This document shows positions 12,690 to 25,077 of a stretch of 64,000 bases of DNA, piece after piece. The DNA lies in contig CM059433.1 of the NCBI GenBank assembly GCA_030390025.1, positions 4,154,001-4,218,000 on the forward strand, given 5' to 3'. A program made the position numbers and the translations under genes. The stretch's first letter is position 1, and every line of letters starts with the position of its first letter. The notes below the pieces were generated by a model. That model did not search any database and was not told the origin of the DNA. It saw only the letters and a program-made list of their open reading frames with translations. This DNA is from Squalus acanthias (lineage: Eukaryota).

Positions 12690-14870
12690 TGTAAAAGCTT
12701 CTATAGGTATGTGAAAAGGAAAAGACTGGCGAAGGTAAATGTAGGTCCTTTACAGTCAGAGACGGGAGAATTTATAATGCGGAATGAGGAAATGGCAGAG
12801 AAATTCAATAAATACTTTGTTTCTGTCTTTTTAGAGGAAGACACAAAAAATCTCCCAGATATACGAGAAAACCAAGGGTGTGACGAGAATGAGGAACTTA
12901 AAGAAATTCTTATTAGTAAAAAAACAGTACAGGAAACTCTTTCGTATCCGGCACCGATGGGACCGGGATGGTGCCGGTTGATTAAAAATTCCGGATAACG
13001 GAGAGGTATATCTACCGAGGCTATTTTTAACAAACAAAAATTAAAAAATCAAGAAATGTGCAGTATAATTGGGTACTCCCCTACAGAGACTTCCGACAGC
13101 GCCAAGAGGCCGAGTAGTGGCAGTTTGGAGAACTGCCCCCACTGACTAACTCGGCCACCGCGGGAGACTCGGACTCGGCAACGTTTCCGGTTATTGAGGT
13201 GTTGTTTTCGGAGTATGAATTTTGCCGGTTAATAGAGAATTCCGGATATTTAGGTGTCGTTTAAACGAGAGTTTCCTGTACTAGCAAAATTAATGGGACT
13301 AAAAGTCGATAAATCTCAAGGACCAGATGACCGACATCCTAGGGTTTTGAAAGAGGTGGTCATTGGGATAGTGGACGCATTGGTTGTCATCTTCCAAAAT
13401 TCTATAGATTCTGGAACGGTTCCTGCAGATTGGAGGATAGCAAATGTAACCCCGCTATTTAAGAAAGGAGGGAGAGAGAAAACGGGGAACTGCAGACCTG
13501 TTAGCCTCACATCAGTAGTTGGGAAAATGCTGGAATCTATTATAAAGGATGCAATAACTAGGCACTTAGAAACTAATAGTAAGATTGGGCAGAGTCAACA
13601 TGGATTTATGAAAGGGAAATCCTGTTTGACAAACCTATTGGAGTTCTTTGAGGATGTAACTAGTGGAGTAGACAAAGGGGAACCGGTAGATGTGGTGTAT
13701 TTGGATTTTCAAAAGGCCTTCGATAAGGTCCCACACAAGAGATTGGTGATCAAAATTAGGGCACATAGAATTGGGGGTAATATACTAGCATGGATTGAGA
13801 ATTGGTTAACAGACAGAAAACAAAGAGTAGGGATAAACTGGCCTTTTTCAGGATGGCAGGCTGTGACTAGTGGGGTACCGCAAGGATCGATGCTTGGGCC
13901 CCAGCTATTCACAATCTATATCAATGATTTGGATGAGGGGATTAAATGTAACATTTCCAAATTTGCTGATGACACAAAGCTAGGTGGCAGTCAGTTGCGA
14001 AGAGGATGTGAAGAGGCTTCAAGGGGATCTTGACAGGCTCAGGGATTGGGCGAGAACATGGCAGATGGATTATAATGTGGATAAATGTGAAGTTATCCAC
14101 TTTGGTAGAAAAAACAGAAAGGCAGAGTATTTCCTAAATGGTAAAAGATTGGGGAATGCAGAGGCTCAAAGGGACCTGGGTGTCCTTGTGCATGAGTCAC
14201 TGAAAGTGAATGTGCAGGTGCAGCAAGCCATTAGGAAGGCAAATGGTATGCTGGCCTTCATTACAAGAGGATTTGAGTACAGGAGTAAAGAAGTCTTACT
14301 CCAATTATATAGGGCCTTGGTGAGACCACACCTGGAGTACTGTGTACAATTTTGGTCTCCTTACCTAAGGAAGGATATACTTGCCATTGAGGGAGTGCAA
14401 CGAAGGTTCACGAGATTTATTCCTGGGATGGCGGGACTGTCGTATGAGAAGAGATTGAGTAAACTAGGCCTGTATTCTCTTGAATTCAGAAGAATGAGAG
14501 GGGATCTCATTGAAGCATACAAAATTATTACAGGGCTTGATAGGGTGGATGCTGGGAGAATGTTTCCCTTGGCTGGGGAGTCTAGAACCAGGGGCCACAG
14601 CCTCAGGATAAAGGGTAGGCCATTCAGGACTGAGATGAGAAGAAATTTCTTCACACAGAGGGTGGTGAATCTTTGGAATTCTCTACCCCAGAGGGCTGTG
14701 GAGGCTCAGTCATTGGGTATATTCAAAACAGAAGTCGATAGATTTCTGACTAGTAAAGGCATCAAGGGATATGGCGATAAGGCCGGTGAATGGAATTGAG
14801 GCAGAAGATCAGGCTCGAAGGGCCGAATGGCCGACTCCTGCTCCTATTTCTAATGTTCTTATGTTCTTAT
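12690..14870 (+). mobile_element. 5'-truncated CR1 LINE (ORF2 RT) interrupted by a MITE and one frameshift
   Basis: ORFs 12663..12998, 13254..14033 ([24 protein letters not shown]) and 13984..14799 (RPHLEYCVQFWSP). Ends in a (TGTTCTTA)n tail. Confidence 0.95.
12930..13278. mobile_element. pogo/Tigger-like MITE (Tc1/mariner superfamily)
   Basis: TIRs CAGGAAACTCT.../...AGAGTTTCCTG with a TA duplication at 12928 and 13279. Removing it restores the CR1 frame (KTV|LAKLMG). Confidence 0.9.
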
Positions 14871-14872
14871 GT

Positions 14873-15340
14873 CCTCGGCCATGGCTCAGTGGGTAGCACA
14901 CTTGCCTTTGAGTCAGAAGATTGTGGGTTCATAGTCCCACTCCAGGGACTTGAGCGCAAGAAATCTAGGCTGACACTCTGAGGGAGTGCTGCACTGTCAG
15001 AGGTGCCGTCTTTTGGATGAGACGTTAAACCGAGGCCCCGTATGCTCTCTCAGTTGGACATAAAAGATCCCATGGTCCCTATTTAGAAGAAGAGCAGGGG
15101 AGTTCTCCCCGGTGTCCTGGGGCCAATATTTATCCCTCAAGCAATGTCACTAAAACAAATTATCTGGTCATTATCACATTGCTGTTTGTGGGAGCTTGCT
15201 GTGCACAAATTGGCTGCTGCATTTCCCACATTACAACAGTGACTACACTTCAAAAAGTACTTCATTGGCTGTAAAGCACTTTGAGACATCCGGTGGTCGT
15301 GAAAGGCGCGATATAATTGCAAGTCTTTCTTTTTTTCTTT
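14873..15340 (+). mobile_element. DeuSINE (SacSINE1-like)
   Basis: tRNA-like head, Deu-domain-like core 'gatgagacgttaaaccgagg...aaagatcccatgg...ccccggtgtcctgg', L2-like tail and (CTTT)n. Confidence 0.88.
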
Positions 15341-15908
15341 CCTCTAGCTCCTGCTCTAACTCCACCATAACAGCCACAAATCCTGCCAGGACTCAGATGT
15401 GCCAGATTCTTGTGCCTGCGGCCTTGTTTGGGTCAGACCCCTTTACAAGGCCTCTGACGCTGAGAGTGCCAGGGCCAGGGGCGGAGACTTCCTAAGTCGA
15501 CAGTGGCCTTCAATCAGGGCCTGATTTAGCAATCCCCCCACATTGGACAGCTTCAGCTGGTGTTTCCGATACCTTTGGCAGGGGAGGCCACAAATCACCG
15601 AGGCCCATTCCTCATGGACCCTCCCACACAAAGTTCAGTGGAGTTCAGCAGCAGGTGTGATATCGTCGTAAGTGCCGGGATTGCAGATTCTCCGGGCCAG
15701 GTTATCCAGACTATCGTTTTGTTTCAGAAAGATCAGGGAAAGGAATTTATGGGCAGCAATGGAGATAAGGGCTACTTTTACCGAGCTTTGTCATGTTCAG
15801 TAATGGGAATGAACAGAAAAAGGAGAAAATGAGCCCTGTTCACTGACTGGCATTTGGGAATGGAAGAAACTGGGACAAGTGGGATCTGCTCAGTTTTCAG
15901 AAGATAAC

Positions 15909-16063
15909 GGCGCCGAATTCCCTCAGCGATCTCCAGCTCCGTCACCGTGACTTTGGCGGAAACCCCCGTTTAGGCACATAAATGGGCGGGGGGGTGGGGT
16001 CTGCCAAACTAACGCCCAAGGTACGCCGGCAGAGCAGGAGAAGCTCCAAGGAAATTCGCCCCC
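15909..16063. mobile_element. Harbinger-type MITE
   Basis: TIRs ggcgccgaattccc and gggggcgaatttcc (rc), flanked by AAC/AAC. Confidence 0.65.
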
Positions 16064-16960
16064 AACGTCAGTGCCAGAGGGAACACCAGTCCTGCAACTG
16101 GAGCTTTCCATTCAGTGAATACAAATTACACGTTACATGTATTTATTCTTTCACTAAAGACTGACGTGGTCTCAGGATTTTATCCGTCCGCATAGCTCCG
16201 TAGGTGGGTTCACCTCAGCACGTTATCAATTTGAGAAGAAGAAAAGCCGCCCTTCAAAAATATGCCTTTACTGATAACGGCTGTGAAAGCTATTAACAAT
16301 CTGAAGCTGTCATTTTATACAGTTATCATTAAGAGTAAGCTAAAAATGCTAATGGGAGAATTTAATGTGAATGGAAAAAAGCAGATTAGGGTTTGTGATC
16401 CACTTAATGGCATTGAGATATTAATCAACCTTCAAGGTCACTGAGTCTGCAAAGAAAAACCTATTATTCAGTTCTCTTTCCTTCCAAGTAAGAGAAAGGA
16501 AATAGGAGATACCGATAAAACCGAACCACTAAATATATAGGTCATGAAAATCCATGTGGCAGCATATCTTGTGTGCCCACCTCAGGCTTCCACCGTTGAG
16601 CTCACCTAAGCTTGCTGGGCCACGAGAGGTCCCTTTGTTCCCCTACCATTGGCGGGTGCCAATGCCACTACGAATACACCTAGGCCAATTAAAACAAAGG
16701 CGGAAAGCCTGGCATAAGCACCTGGTGCTGGAGGGAGGAGGTGTAAGCCTTCTACCGCCCCCCTCCCCGGAAACAAAGTTCAATTGCCCCCAGTTGCCCC
16801 CGTGCAAAAAGAATCGATGCCCAAATCTTCAGGGGTCCAGTCTTCAAACCCAAAGTTGACTCCCAATGGTGGGCCAGGAGATACACCTAGTCTGACCTCA
16901 TGCTGGGTCACAGGAACTCCCACCATTGGTAGGGCCCATCCCATTGCCATAAGCACTGGA

Positions 16961-17420
16961 GTGTCAGCTGTGGCTCAGTGGGTAGCACACTTGCCTCTGA
17001 GTCAGAAGGTTGTGGGTTCAAGTCCCACTCCAGGGACTAGAACACATAAAGCTAGGCTGACACTCCCAGTGCAGTGCTGAGGGAGTGCTGCACTGTCGGA
17101 GGTGCCGTCTTTCAGATGAGACGTTAAACCAAGGCCCCGTCTGCTCTCTCAGGTGGACGTAAAAGATCCCATGGCATTATTTCGAAGAAGAGCAGGGACG
17201 TTATCCCCGGTGTCCTGGACAATATTTATCCCTCAATCAGCATCACAAAATCAGGTTATTATCGCATTGCTGTTTGTGGGATCTTGCTGTGTACAAATTT
17301 GCTGCCGCATTTCCTACATTACAACAGTGACTCCACTTCAAATAAAAGTACCTCATTGGCTGTGAAGCGCTTTGGGACGGCCTAAGGTGCTGGAGAAATG
17401 CAAGTCTTTCTTTTTTCTTT
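16961..17420 (+). mobile_element. DeuSINE (SacSINE1-like)
   Basis: A box and B box (ggttcaagtccc), Deu core and tail. Confidence 0.9.
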
Positions 17421-17869
17421 CTGGGACACAGGCAAGGGGTTGACACAAAGAAGATTCATCGCCATTGTGGAAAAAAATGAAAATCCGTCCTATGGTATAT
17501 AAGCAACTCTGATAACAGTGAGTACTATCGATGAATAGTAATATTGATGTTTGATTAAGAAGGAAACATACAAGTTTGTTTAATATTTTCTTAAATATTT
17601 AGGTTTTGGATATTACTATAAAACCTCTAGTGAAGTCTGTTATTTGATAATTGTAGGCAAGGCTTCTGTGTTGATTTCACTCTCTGAAATGTATTAACAT
17701 TTGTATTAATTTTGTTCAGACCATTTTTGTACCTCAGTCATGAAGGAGGTATGTAAGGAATTGCAAGGCAGATTATTTGATATCTGTGATATTCGGTTTG
17801 CTGTGAAATGCCTATTTTCTAACAATTTTTTATTCAATAATTGTAGCGCGGCCTGGCATCATGAATTCT

Positions 17870-18560
17870 CAACTTGTGAATCAGTGTTCCTCCGTGTTGA
17901 ACCTCACTTGGAGGAAGCTCTCAGCAAAGCAAATGCACAGAAGGTACTCTGGATGGTGAACTTCAATGTGCACCATTGAGTGGCTCGGTAGTACTGTACC
18001 ATCAACAGCTGGCCACCAATGACTGAGCTGGCCAAGTCTTGATGGACACAGCTGCCAGACTGGACCTGTGTCAGGTGGTGAGGGAACCAACATGAGAAGG
18101 AAGCTACTTGACCCTATCCTCATCTACCCACCTGTTGCAGTCAAGTCTAGCATTGGTAGAAGTGCCCACAGTGAAGACAGCAACCTGCCTCCATCGTGAG
18201 GGCATCCTGCATCATGTAGAGTGGTATGACCACTGTGCTAAGTTAGAAAGATACAGCGGCCTCAAACTCTACGGTGCTGTGGGCCATCACCAGCAGGCAA
18301 AATTGCATACCACCACAACCTGTAACATCATGGCCCAGCATACCCCTCACTCCTTGATCACCGTCAAGCCAGGGGACCAACCCTGGCTCAGTGAGGAGAG
18401 TAGAAGGGCGTGCCAGGAGCAGCACAAGGGAATAAATATTAACCCACCGAAGTTACTGCACAGGGCTACGCACCAAAAACAACTGGTTATAGATAGGGCT
18501 CAGCTGTCCAACAACCAACAAATCAGAGCCAAGCTCTGTCGCCCTACCACACCCAGAGAA
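17870..18560 (+). mobile_element. Old LINE endonuclease/linker remnant
   Basis: Decayed peptides 'VLWMVNFNVHH', 'TVKPGDQPWL..ESRRACQEQH' and 'NQQIRAKLC'. Confidence 0.6.
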
Positions 18561-18849
18561 CAACTAAAATAAACTTCTGTGACAAGTAAAGGCTGTTGGA
18601 TTAGCTGCTCCAATGGTGTGACACCAGACAGCTAAATGCAGTGGAAAATTCCTCCGGAGCCGCTCTGTCCGTTGGCTGCTTCTCCCCAACACTCCCAGTA
18701 TTTCCCGCTGGAAGTTATGAGGACTCAGCATTAAATGCACATGCCCAAATATGCACGGGGATTTTTAAACGCAAGGCAAAAGACAGAAGTATATCATACT
18801 AATGAGGTCATTTCTGTCATTTGCGCTTTAGCGTCTGTTCATCCACGAT

Positions 18850-19035
18850 ATCAAGGGGCGGAAGGGCCCTTTAACATTTCAATGGCCAAACAAGGGAAAG
18901 CTAGATGAGTAAATGAGGGAGAAAGGAACTGGAGGATCTGCTGATAGGCTGAGATGAAGTAGAGTGGGAGGAGGCTCGTGTGGAGCAGAAACACCGGCTT
19001 CAAATGAACGGCCTGTTTCTGTGCTGTAACCTTTA
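18850..19035 (+). mobile_element. CR1 3' end fragment
   Basis: 'gggaggaggctcgtgtggagc...ggcctgtttctgtgctgtaa' is the reverse complement of the tail at about 57840. Confidence 0.65.
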
Positions 19036-19719
19036 TGCAATGCAATGCTGTGTGAAAGCCTTTCCAACCAGGTGACGTTTGAAAACAAACCAGCAAAAAT
19101 GCTTTTCTCCAACCACCAGCACCGAGGTCACAGCTTCCCAGGCCTGCCACAGCCATTCCCCGGCCTCTCGTAGGCAGGCTTCCGTGTGAAGGCCGGGGGC
19201 GCTTGCCAAAATAATTGAAATGACCCCTGACCCCGGAAAATCAGGCGGGGTCAGGAGTCCAACCTTGCAGCAGGTGGATGAGCCCTCCCGCTGGACTTTT
19301 GCCAGCTCTGCAGCACCAGCGGAAGCACCAGCCTGTTGTTTTTGAAAAGTAGCTGACTTGCATGCTCGGCTGACGTGGAATGAGAAAGATGTCCCGCTGC
19401 ACTTAAATGAACAGTAGAAAAAAACTGAATGCAGAGCGTCCATTGGAACCAGCCAGCTTCACAGTGGAAAGTTGAAGTGCTTTTTCTCCCCTGTGACATA
19501 AATCTCATTAAACATTCAAAAAGTATTTAAATTGCTCCCACGCCAGACTCGCTGGCTTCCTCCCCACCAGCCATTCCCGACACAGATTTTGCCAGGAATA
19601 CAAATTCAGGGCTTTAAGCGTTTTCTTATGATTCATTAGACCATTCTTAATTTGGCAAATTGCTTAACTGTTGATTAATTCAGACAGATTTCCGAAATGA
19701 AGAGATAGTAGAAGGAGCT

Positions 19720-19930
19720 GTCCTCCGTGGTTTGGTGGATTAATGCACCATTTAATGCACTGGATGCTGCACAGACCAGCAAGGTGCCAGGTTCAATCCC
19801 TGGTCTGTGTTGAATTAGCTGATTTCGTGACCATAGACAAAACAGCAGTGCACTTAGTTCAATGTTCCCCGGTTACAGAGTAGCGAAATCAGACAGGATG
19901 CCTGTTTCTAAATCACTATCCAATGACATG
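19720..19930 (+). mobile_element. Old tRNA-derived SINE (second family), 5' part
   Basis: B-box-like 'ggttcaatccc' followed by 'tggtctgtgttgaattagctg'. An antisense relative lies at about 54385-54445, and probable 3' parts lie at about 21060-21230 and 29945-30995. Confidence 0.45.
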
Positions 19931-20625
19931 TGGTGTTTCGGGGTTTTACTTGAGGGTCCTGGGCGGTTCCCCAATCTCTCGCTGGAGCCCCGTTAGAGGA
20001 ATGAGGATAAACAGTTGCAAAGGTTCAGGATTTACAGCAGGAGGCCAAGCCGAGATATTTTTCTCAAGTTCAGCGCCTCAGATCATTCCTGTCGGTGAAG
20101 ACTCACTCCCGATGGCCTGGAGTGTGTCGAAACATATCCAATATCGAACTGATTTGTCGCCTTCCCAGGAATTGAACAGACAATCCTTGTTACTGTATTT
20201 TGACTTGTTGGTAATTTTACAAGCCCTCACATGATCCCCTCTGATTCCACAGTGGTAGAATAAGTATTACACTACACCACACCTTAGCTTATAAACTGCC
20301 AAATAGATTTATTAAACAATAAATGGGTAAGTGAAGAGAAGCAATGACACTAGCTTTTATTGTAATTACAAGTTTAGCTATCTCTCCTTGAGTTAGTATA
20401 TAACAAAAGGTTATGTCTGCTAAACTGCAATGTGTCTGTTTTCTGCAGGGGTGTAGAATGGTATCGAATGTGATGGGGTTTTTTGATGACCATACACAGA
20501 GCCTTGCTGGCCTACCTCACTGATAACTTTAAAAAATACTAATTTTTACAAGATAGGTTTTGAATTTTTTTTTTTAATTGACCAGCATATAGCAAACCTA
20601 AATACGAATCTCTTAAACTGAGAAA

Positions 20626-20855
20626 AGTTCCCCGCCAAGTCACACACCATCCTGACTTAGAAGTATATCGTCGATCCTTCATTGTCGCTGGGTCAAAATC
20701 CTGGAACTCCCTCCCTAACAGCACTGTGTGGGAGCACCTTCACCACACAGACTGCAGCGGTTCAAGAAGGCAGCTCACCACCACCTTCTCAAGGGGCAAC
20801 TAGGGATGGGCAATAAATGCTGGCCTTGCCAGCGATGCCCACATCCCATAAACAA
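20626..20855 (+). mobile_element. LINE 3' tail fragment (family of 2683)
   Basis: Matches 5745-5980. Confidence 0.85.
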
Positions 20856-21397
20856 ATTTTTAAAAAGCTTCCAGCAAACACATATTCAGACAAAAGATGA
20901 ATTGAATGGGTTGGCCCCTCTCTCGGATATCTGACGCCGACAGTAATATCTGGTTATGCATCAAAATAAGATAGGCCATTTTCTGTGAGTCAACTTGGTT
21001 TTTAATTGTGACACAAACCAATATCACAATGCATTATAGATGAAAATCCTCACTTTTTGTCTGTTGGATGTATGTGTGTGGATGATTGGAAATAAGAGAA
21101 TCAGGCTTCGCTGTGATGCTTCCCACAGTCAAATAGCCTGCCAGCACACACTATCTGGACTCACACATAAAGAGTAACTAATTGGGTGAGACAGCACAGT
21201 ACTGCTGGCACTTATGAAACTATTCCAGTATGAACTCCTGCCCAACATTCGATCCATTAATTCAAATGGATGGCAGATTCAGTTATGGGCATGCGGTCCT
21301 CCTTGCCCAATGTTCCACTTTGGAACATTGCTCTACAGAGGTGGTTATTTAATGCGCAGACATAAATCTGCCTCAATTTCATAGCAACAGAGAGTTA

Positions 21398-22064
21398 GGG
21401 GGTGAAATTGGGTGCCTTTGGGCCTGCCGTTAGGGGCGCTAACGGCTTTGTGACCGGGTATGGCGCGGACATCGACTCCCGCCATATTCGGCGGGAGTTT
21501 TGTAGCGGTGCTACGGCGTTTTGCGCTCCGATCTCCTTCGCCCGGAGATCGTGACGTCATCGCCGTGCGCATCGCCCCTGGTAGCGCCCCGGACCCAAAA
21601 TTGACTTCCGCCCCCTGCAGCAGCGCCAGGCGAAAACATCGACAGCTGCAGGAGGCGGGCATCGGGTGGCCGGCCGCTTCGGGGGCGATGATTAAAGGCG
21701 AGGTGGCCGAGGTAAGTAAAAAAAAAACTTACCTTTCTTGTTCCAGTTTTTTTTGCGGGTTCTTGCCCGCGATCGATCAGCCCGGCACTCTGCTTGAACG
21801 CTGGGCTGATCGCACTGGATCGCAGCCTGCCTTGGTGGTCCAGGCAGGTACTTTTTAAATTGCAGAGCCTGCAGCGATGGCCCTTCCCTTTAAGGGAGGG
21901 AAGGAGCCTTTGAACGCGGCGGCGCCCTAAGAAGGAAGTGGCGCGCTTGATTTAGCACTCCACTTCCCTCTTAGGGCGCTAAAACTCAATTTTGTGGTCG
22001 CCGGCGCTAATTAGTGCCGGGCGATGTTCGCGCCCCAAAATGGTCGATACCGAATTTTTCCCCC
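21398..22064. mobile_element. Harbinger-type MITE
   Basis: TIRs gggggtgaaattgg and gggggaaaaattcgg (rc) with a TTA/TTA TSD and multiple 'ttagcgcc' motifs. Confidence 0.85.
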
Positions 22065-22069
22065 TTAGG

Positions 22070-24178
22070 ATTGAAATAGAGTAGTAATCCAGAGCTAAGG
22101 AATAGCAAAGGATTAGTCATATTACTGGGAGTATATTATCGACTACTGAAGAGTGGAAAGGAAATTGAGGAGGAAAATTACTAGTCAATTTAGAGAGGCG
22201 TGCGTTAAAAATAAAGCTATAATTGTAGGGATTTGTAATATCCAAAAATAGATTTGATATGGAAATTTTTTGCAGCGTTTTCTTAATCAACTTCCAACAA
22301 GGAACCTGGTTCTGGGTAATGAATGAATCAGAGCAAATAGATGACCTAAAAATAAGAGAACATTTGAGAAACTACGACCACATTATAATAAGGTTCGGCA
22401 TAAGAACTGAGAAGGACAAACAAAAATCTAGGACAGGAGGACTTGACTGAAACTAAAAGCAAATTATAGCAAAAATAAAAAGGGACATTACCGACATTAT
22501 ATGGAAGCAAAATATTGGCAAATAGAAATGTAGATCATTAATGGGAAATATTTAAACTGGACAGGGAATGGCTACAAATCAAGTACATTCCAGTCAGGAA
22601 AAAGGAGAGTGTACCGAAGGCTGGCGTTTCCGGTATGAATAGGAAGGCTAGTTCAAATTTGAAATTAAAAAAGCAACATTAATTGCTTACAGGGCGGGTA
22701 ATAAAAATGAAAGTCAGGACAAATACAAAGACTATAGGAAAGTTATTAAAGGGGAGATTAGCTGGGGCAACATTTGGTGCGATGCCTGGTTATGCTGAGC
22801 CTCCATCCCATTTTGCCCATCAGGAATCCGATCAGAAATGGAGTTGGCAGACCTGCAACTGGGCAAACGTATTATGGCACCTTGCCTTTGGCGCCCGACC
22901 AATGTTGGGCACCAGAAACAGCTGTGCATCCCTTGGTATCCAGCACCGCTACAAACCTGGTGGGGGCAGATTGAAAATTGAAAAGGTTAGTTTGCTGAAG
23001 ACAGTCAATCACAGAGAGGTCAATTGCTTTCGGGAAACCAGCCTCCAGAAAAATTGCTAGAATTTTTTAATTCATCTTTTCATCGTGGGCAAGTAATGTT
23101 GACCCACTTACATTGTAACTGGGTGTTGCTGTTAAGTCCCTCACACCCTCCCCATCTGAGATGGGCACCCCATCAGTGCCATAAATAATGTGAGTATCTG
23201 CCCGAACTATGCAAGTACCCCTGAACCCCGGGGTCAGGGATGCATCCGTGGAGCGAGCAGAGGTTAGAGATCCGCTCCCACAGAACGTCAGCCCCACTAA
23301 GAGGGAGGAGGATAGTAAACTAACAAAAAACACAAAGGACAATAAAAAGGCTTTCTGTCGCTACATTAGTGGTCAGATGATAGTCAATATAAAGGTAGGG
23401 TTATTAAGAGATGAAGAAGGTCAAGTTTGTAGTGGAAACGGATTTACAGAGATAGTAGATAAGTACTTTTCCTCAGTTTTCACATAGAAGGTGAATATTG
23501 GGATTGTAGAACCTTCAGAGGTCGGGTATTGAGTAATTAGAGGAGATTATTATTCAAAGAGAAATGATACTAAAGAAGTTACTTAAACTTATGGTAGACA
23601 AGTCACTTGAATGAGAGGTGATCTTATCAAAACATATAAGATTCTGAGGGGGCTCGACAGGGTAGATGCTGAGAGGATGTTTCCCCTCGTGGGGGTATCT
23701 AGAACTAGGGGGCATAGTTTCAGAATAAGGGGTCGCCCATTTAAGACGGAGGTGAGGAAGAATTTCTTCTCTCAGAGGGTCGTGAATCTTTGGAATTCTC
23801 TACCCCAGAGAGCTGTGGAGGCTGAGTCATTCAATATATTCAAGGCGGAGATAGACAGATATTTGAACTACAAGGGAGTCAAGGGTTATGGGGAACAGGC
23901 AGGAAAGTGGAGTTGAGGCCAAGATCAGATCAGCCATGATCTTATTGAATGGCGGAGCAGGCTCGAGGGGCCAAATGGCCGACTCCTGCTCCTACGTCTT
24001 ATGTTCTTGTAATTTCTGAGAATCCAGAGGGAAGCTAGAGGAGAAATAGGGGGCGCTCTGACTAACTGACAAACTTTTGTGGAAGGTGGCAGATTTAACC
24101 CCTTGCTTCAAAAAAGTAGACAGGATAAGCCAGGACATTATAGGCCAGTTAGTCTTACTTCAGTTGCTGATAAACTAC
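22070..24178 (+). mobile_element. Highly decayed CR1 with nested insertions (GC-rich MITE at about 22764-23295, young CR1 at 23608-24010)
   Basis: Peptide remnants ELRNSKG..LLGVYYR, EHLRNYDHIIIRF, NKKAFCRYI, KYFSSVFT and YRPVSLTSV. Confidence 0.7.
23608..24010 (+). mobile_element. Young CR1 3' end
   Basis: ORF 23611..23916 (MRGDLIKTYKIL...FFSQRVVNLWNSLP) plus 3' UTR. Confidence 0.92.
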
Positions 24179-25077
24179 GAGGGGCCAAAGTTCCAATGGG
24201 GCTGCTCTGCCGGTGCTGGTGTGGCAAAGATGTCCAACCAAATCAAACACCACAGGCCCCGCCCCAAATACTGAGGACAGGGTCATGTACATGGTCAGGG
24301 TGGGGGCCCAACCCGGGCTCAAAGAAGAATGTAAGCTTTTAAGTCTTTGTTAAGGTAATTGATCCCCTCAATCTGAGCCAGTCCTGGGGCCTTTACATGG
24401 GCCTCAGTGGAGCTCACACCACCTGTTAGAAACGGGTTCCACCTCAAATTCTGGCCCCTATTAGGTGATCTGTCCATTCTCTGTCCAGCACCTGATTGGA
24501 ATACAGGCCAATAGAGGCCGTGGGGCTGAAAATTTGCAACCATTTTGGCACCCTCCCATCGTAATTGCGAGCGATGTATGCTGGAATGGTGGAAACTAGT
24601 GGGAAGAACCTCCGCTCGCCCCAAACATAGCCATCAATCTAAGGGGGACGAGGACTCCAAATATCCAAGTTCCCGCGCCTCAGCCCTACTCAAAGACAAC
24701 AGTCGTATGCCTAGTGAAGCCCTTTTCGGACATTTACACTGTTTCCCTAGCTTCTGCCGGTCTCTCACCAGACACCACCCCCCAGAGAATTTTAGGGCCA
24801 ATCTCGCGTGAACTCCTTCAGGCCTGGAAAGCAACACGTGATTTCCTTCCCACAAACAAGTGAGGTCCCAATCGCAGACAACGTTCAGCTCACCAGTATT
24901 TAAATCAGATGTTCAGCCGAGCTCAGTACACTAACGGTCAGGTGTGTCCTAATTACACAACACCCAACTCCCACCTAGCTGACGGTCCAACAGAAGAATC
25001 TATGTCAATGCCTTTACTGTAGAACTGCCAGTTCTGAGTTAACATAATTATAGCCTTAAAACTTTCAGTAAAACTAT

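Noticed and set aside
15640..15800. Possible host exon (ORF 15560..15832)
   Set aside because: It resembles a decayed CR1 endonuclease start (CDIVV...LFQKDQ) and has no convincing splice pair.
16961..17040. tRNA genes
   Set aside because: The A/B boxes belong to SINE heads that continue into the Deu core, and I could not fold a complete cloverleaf.
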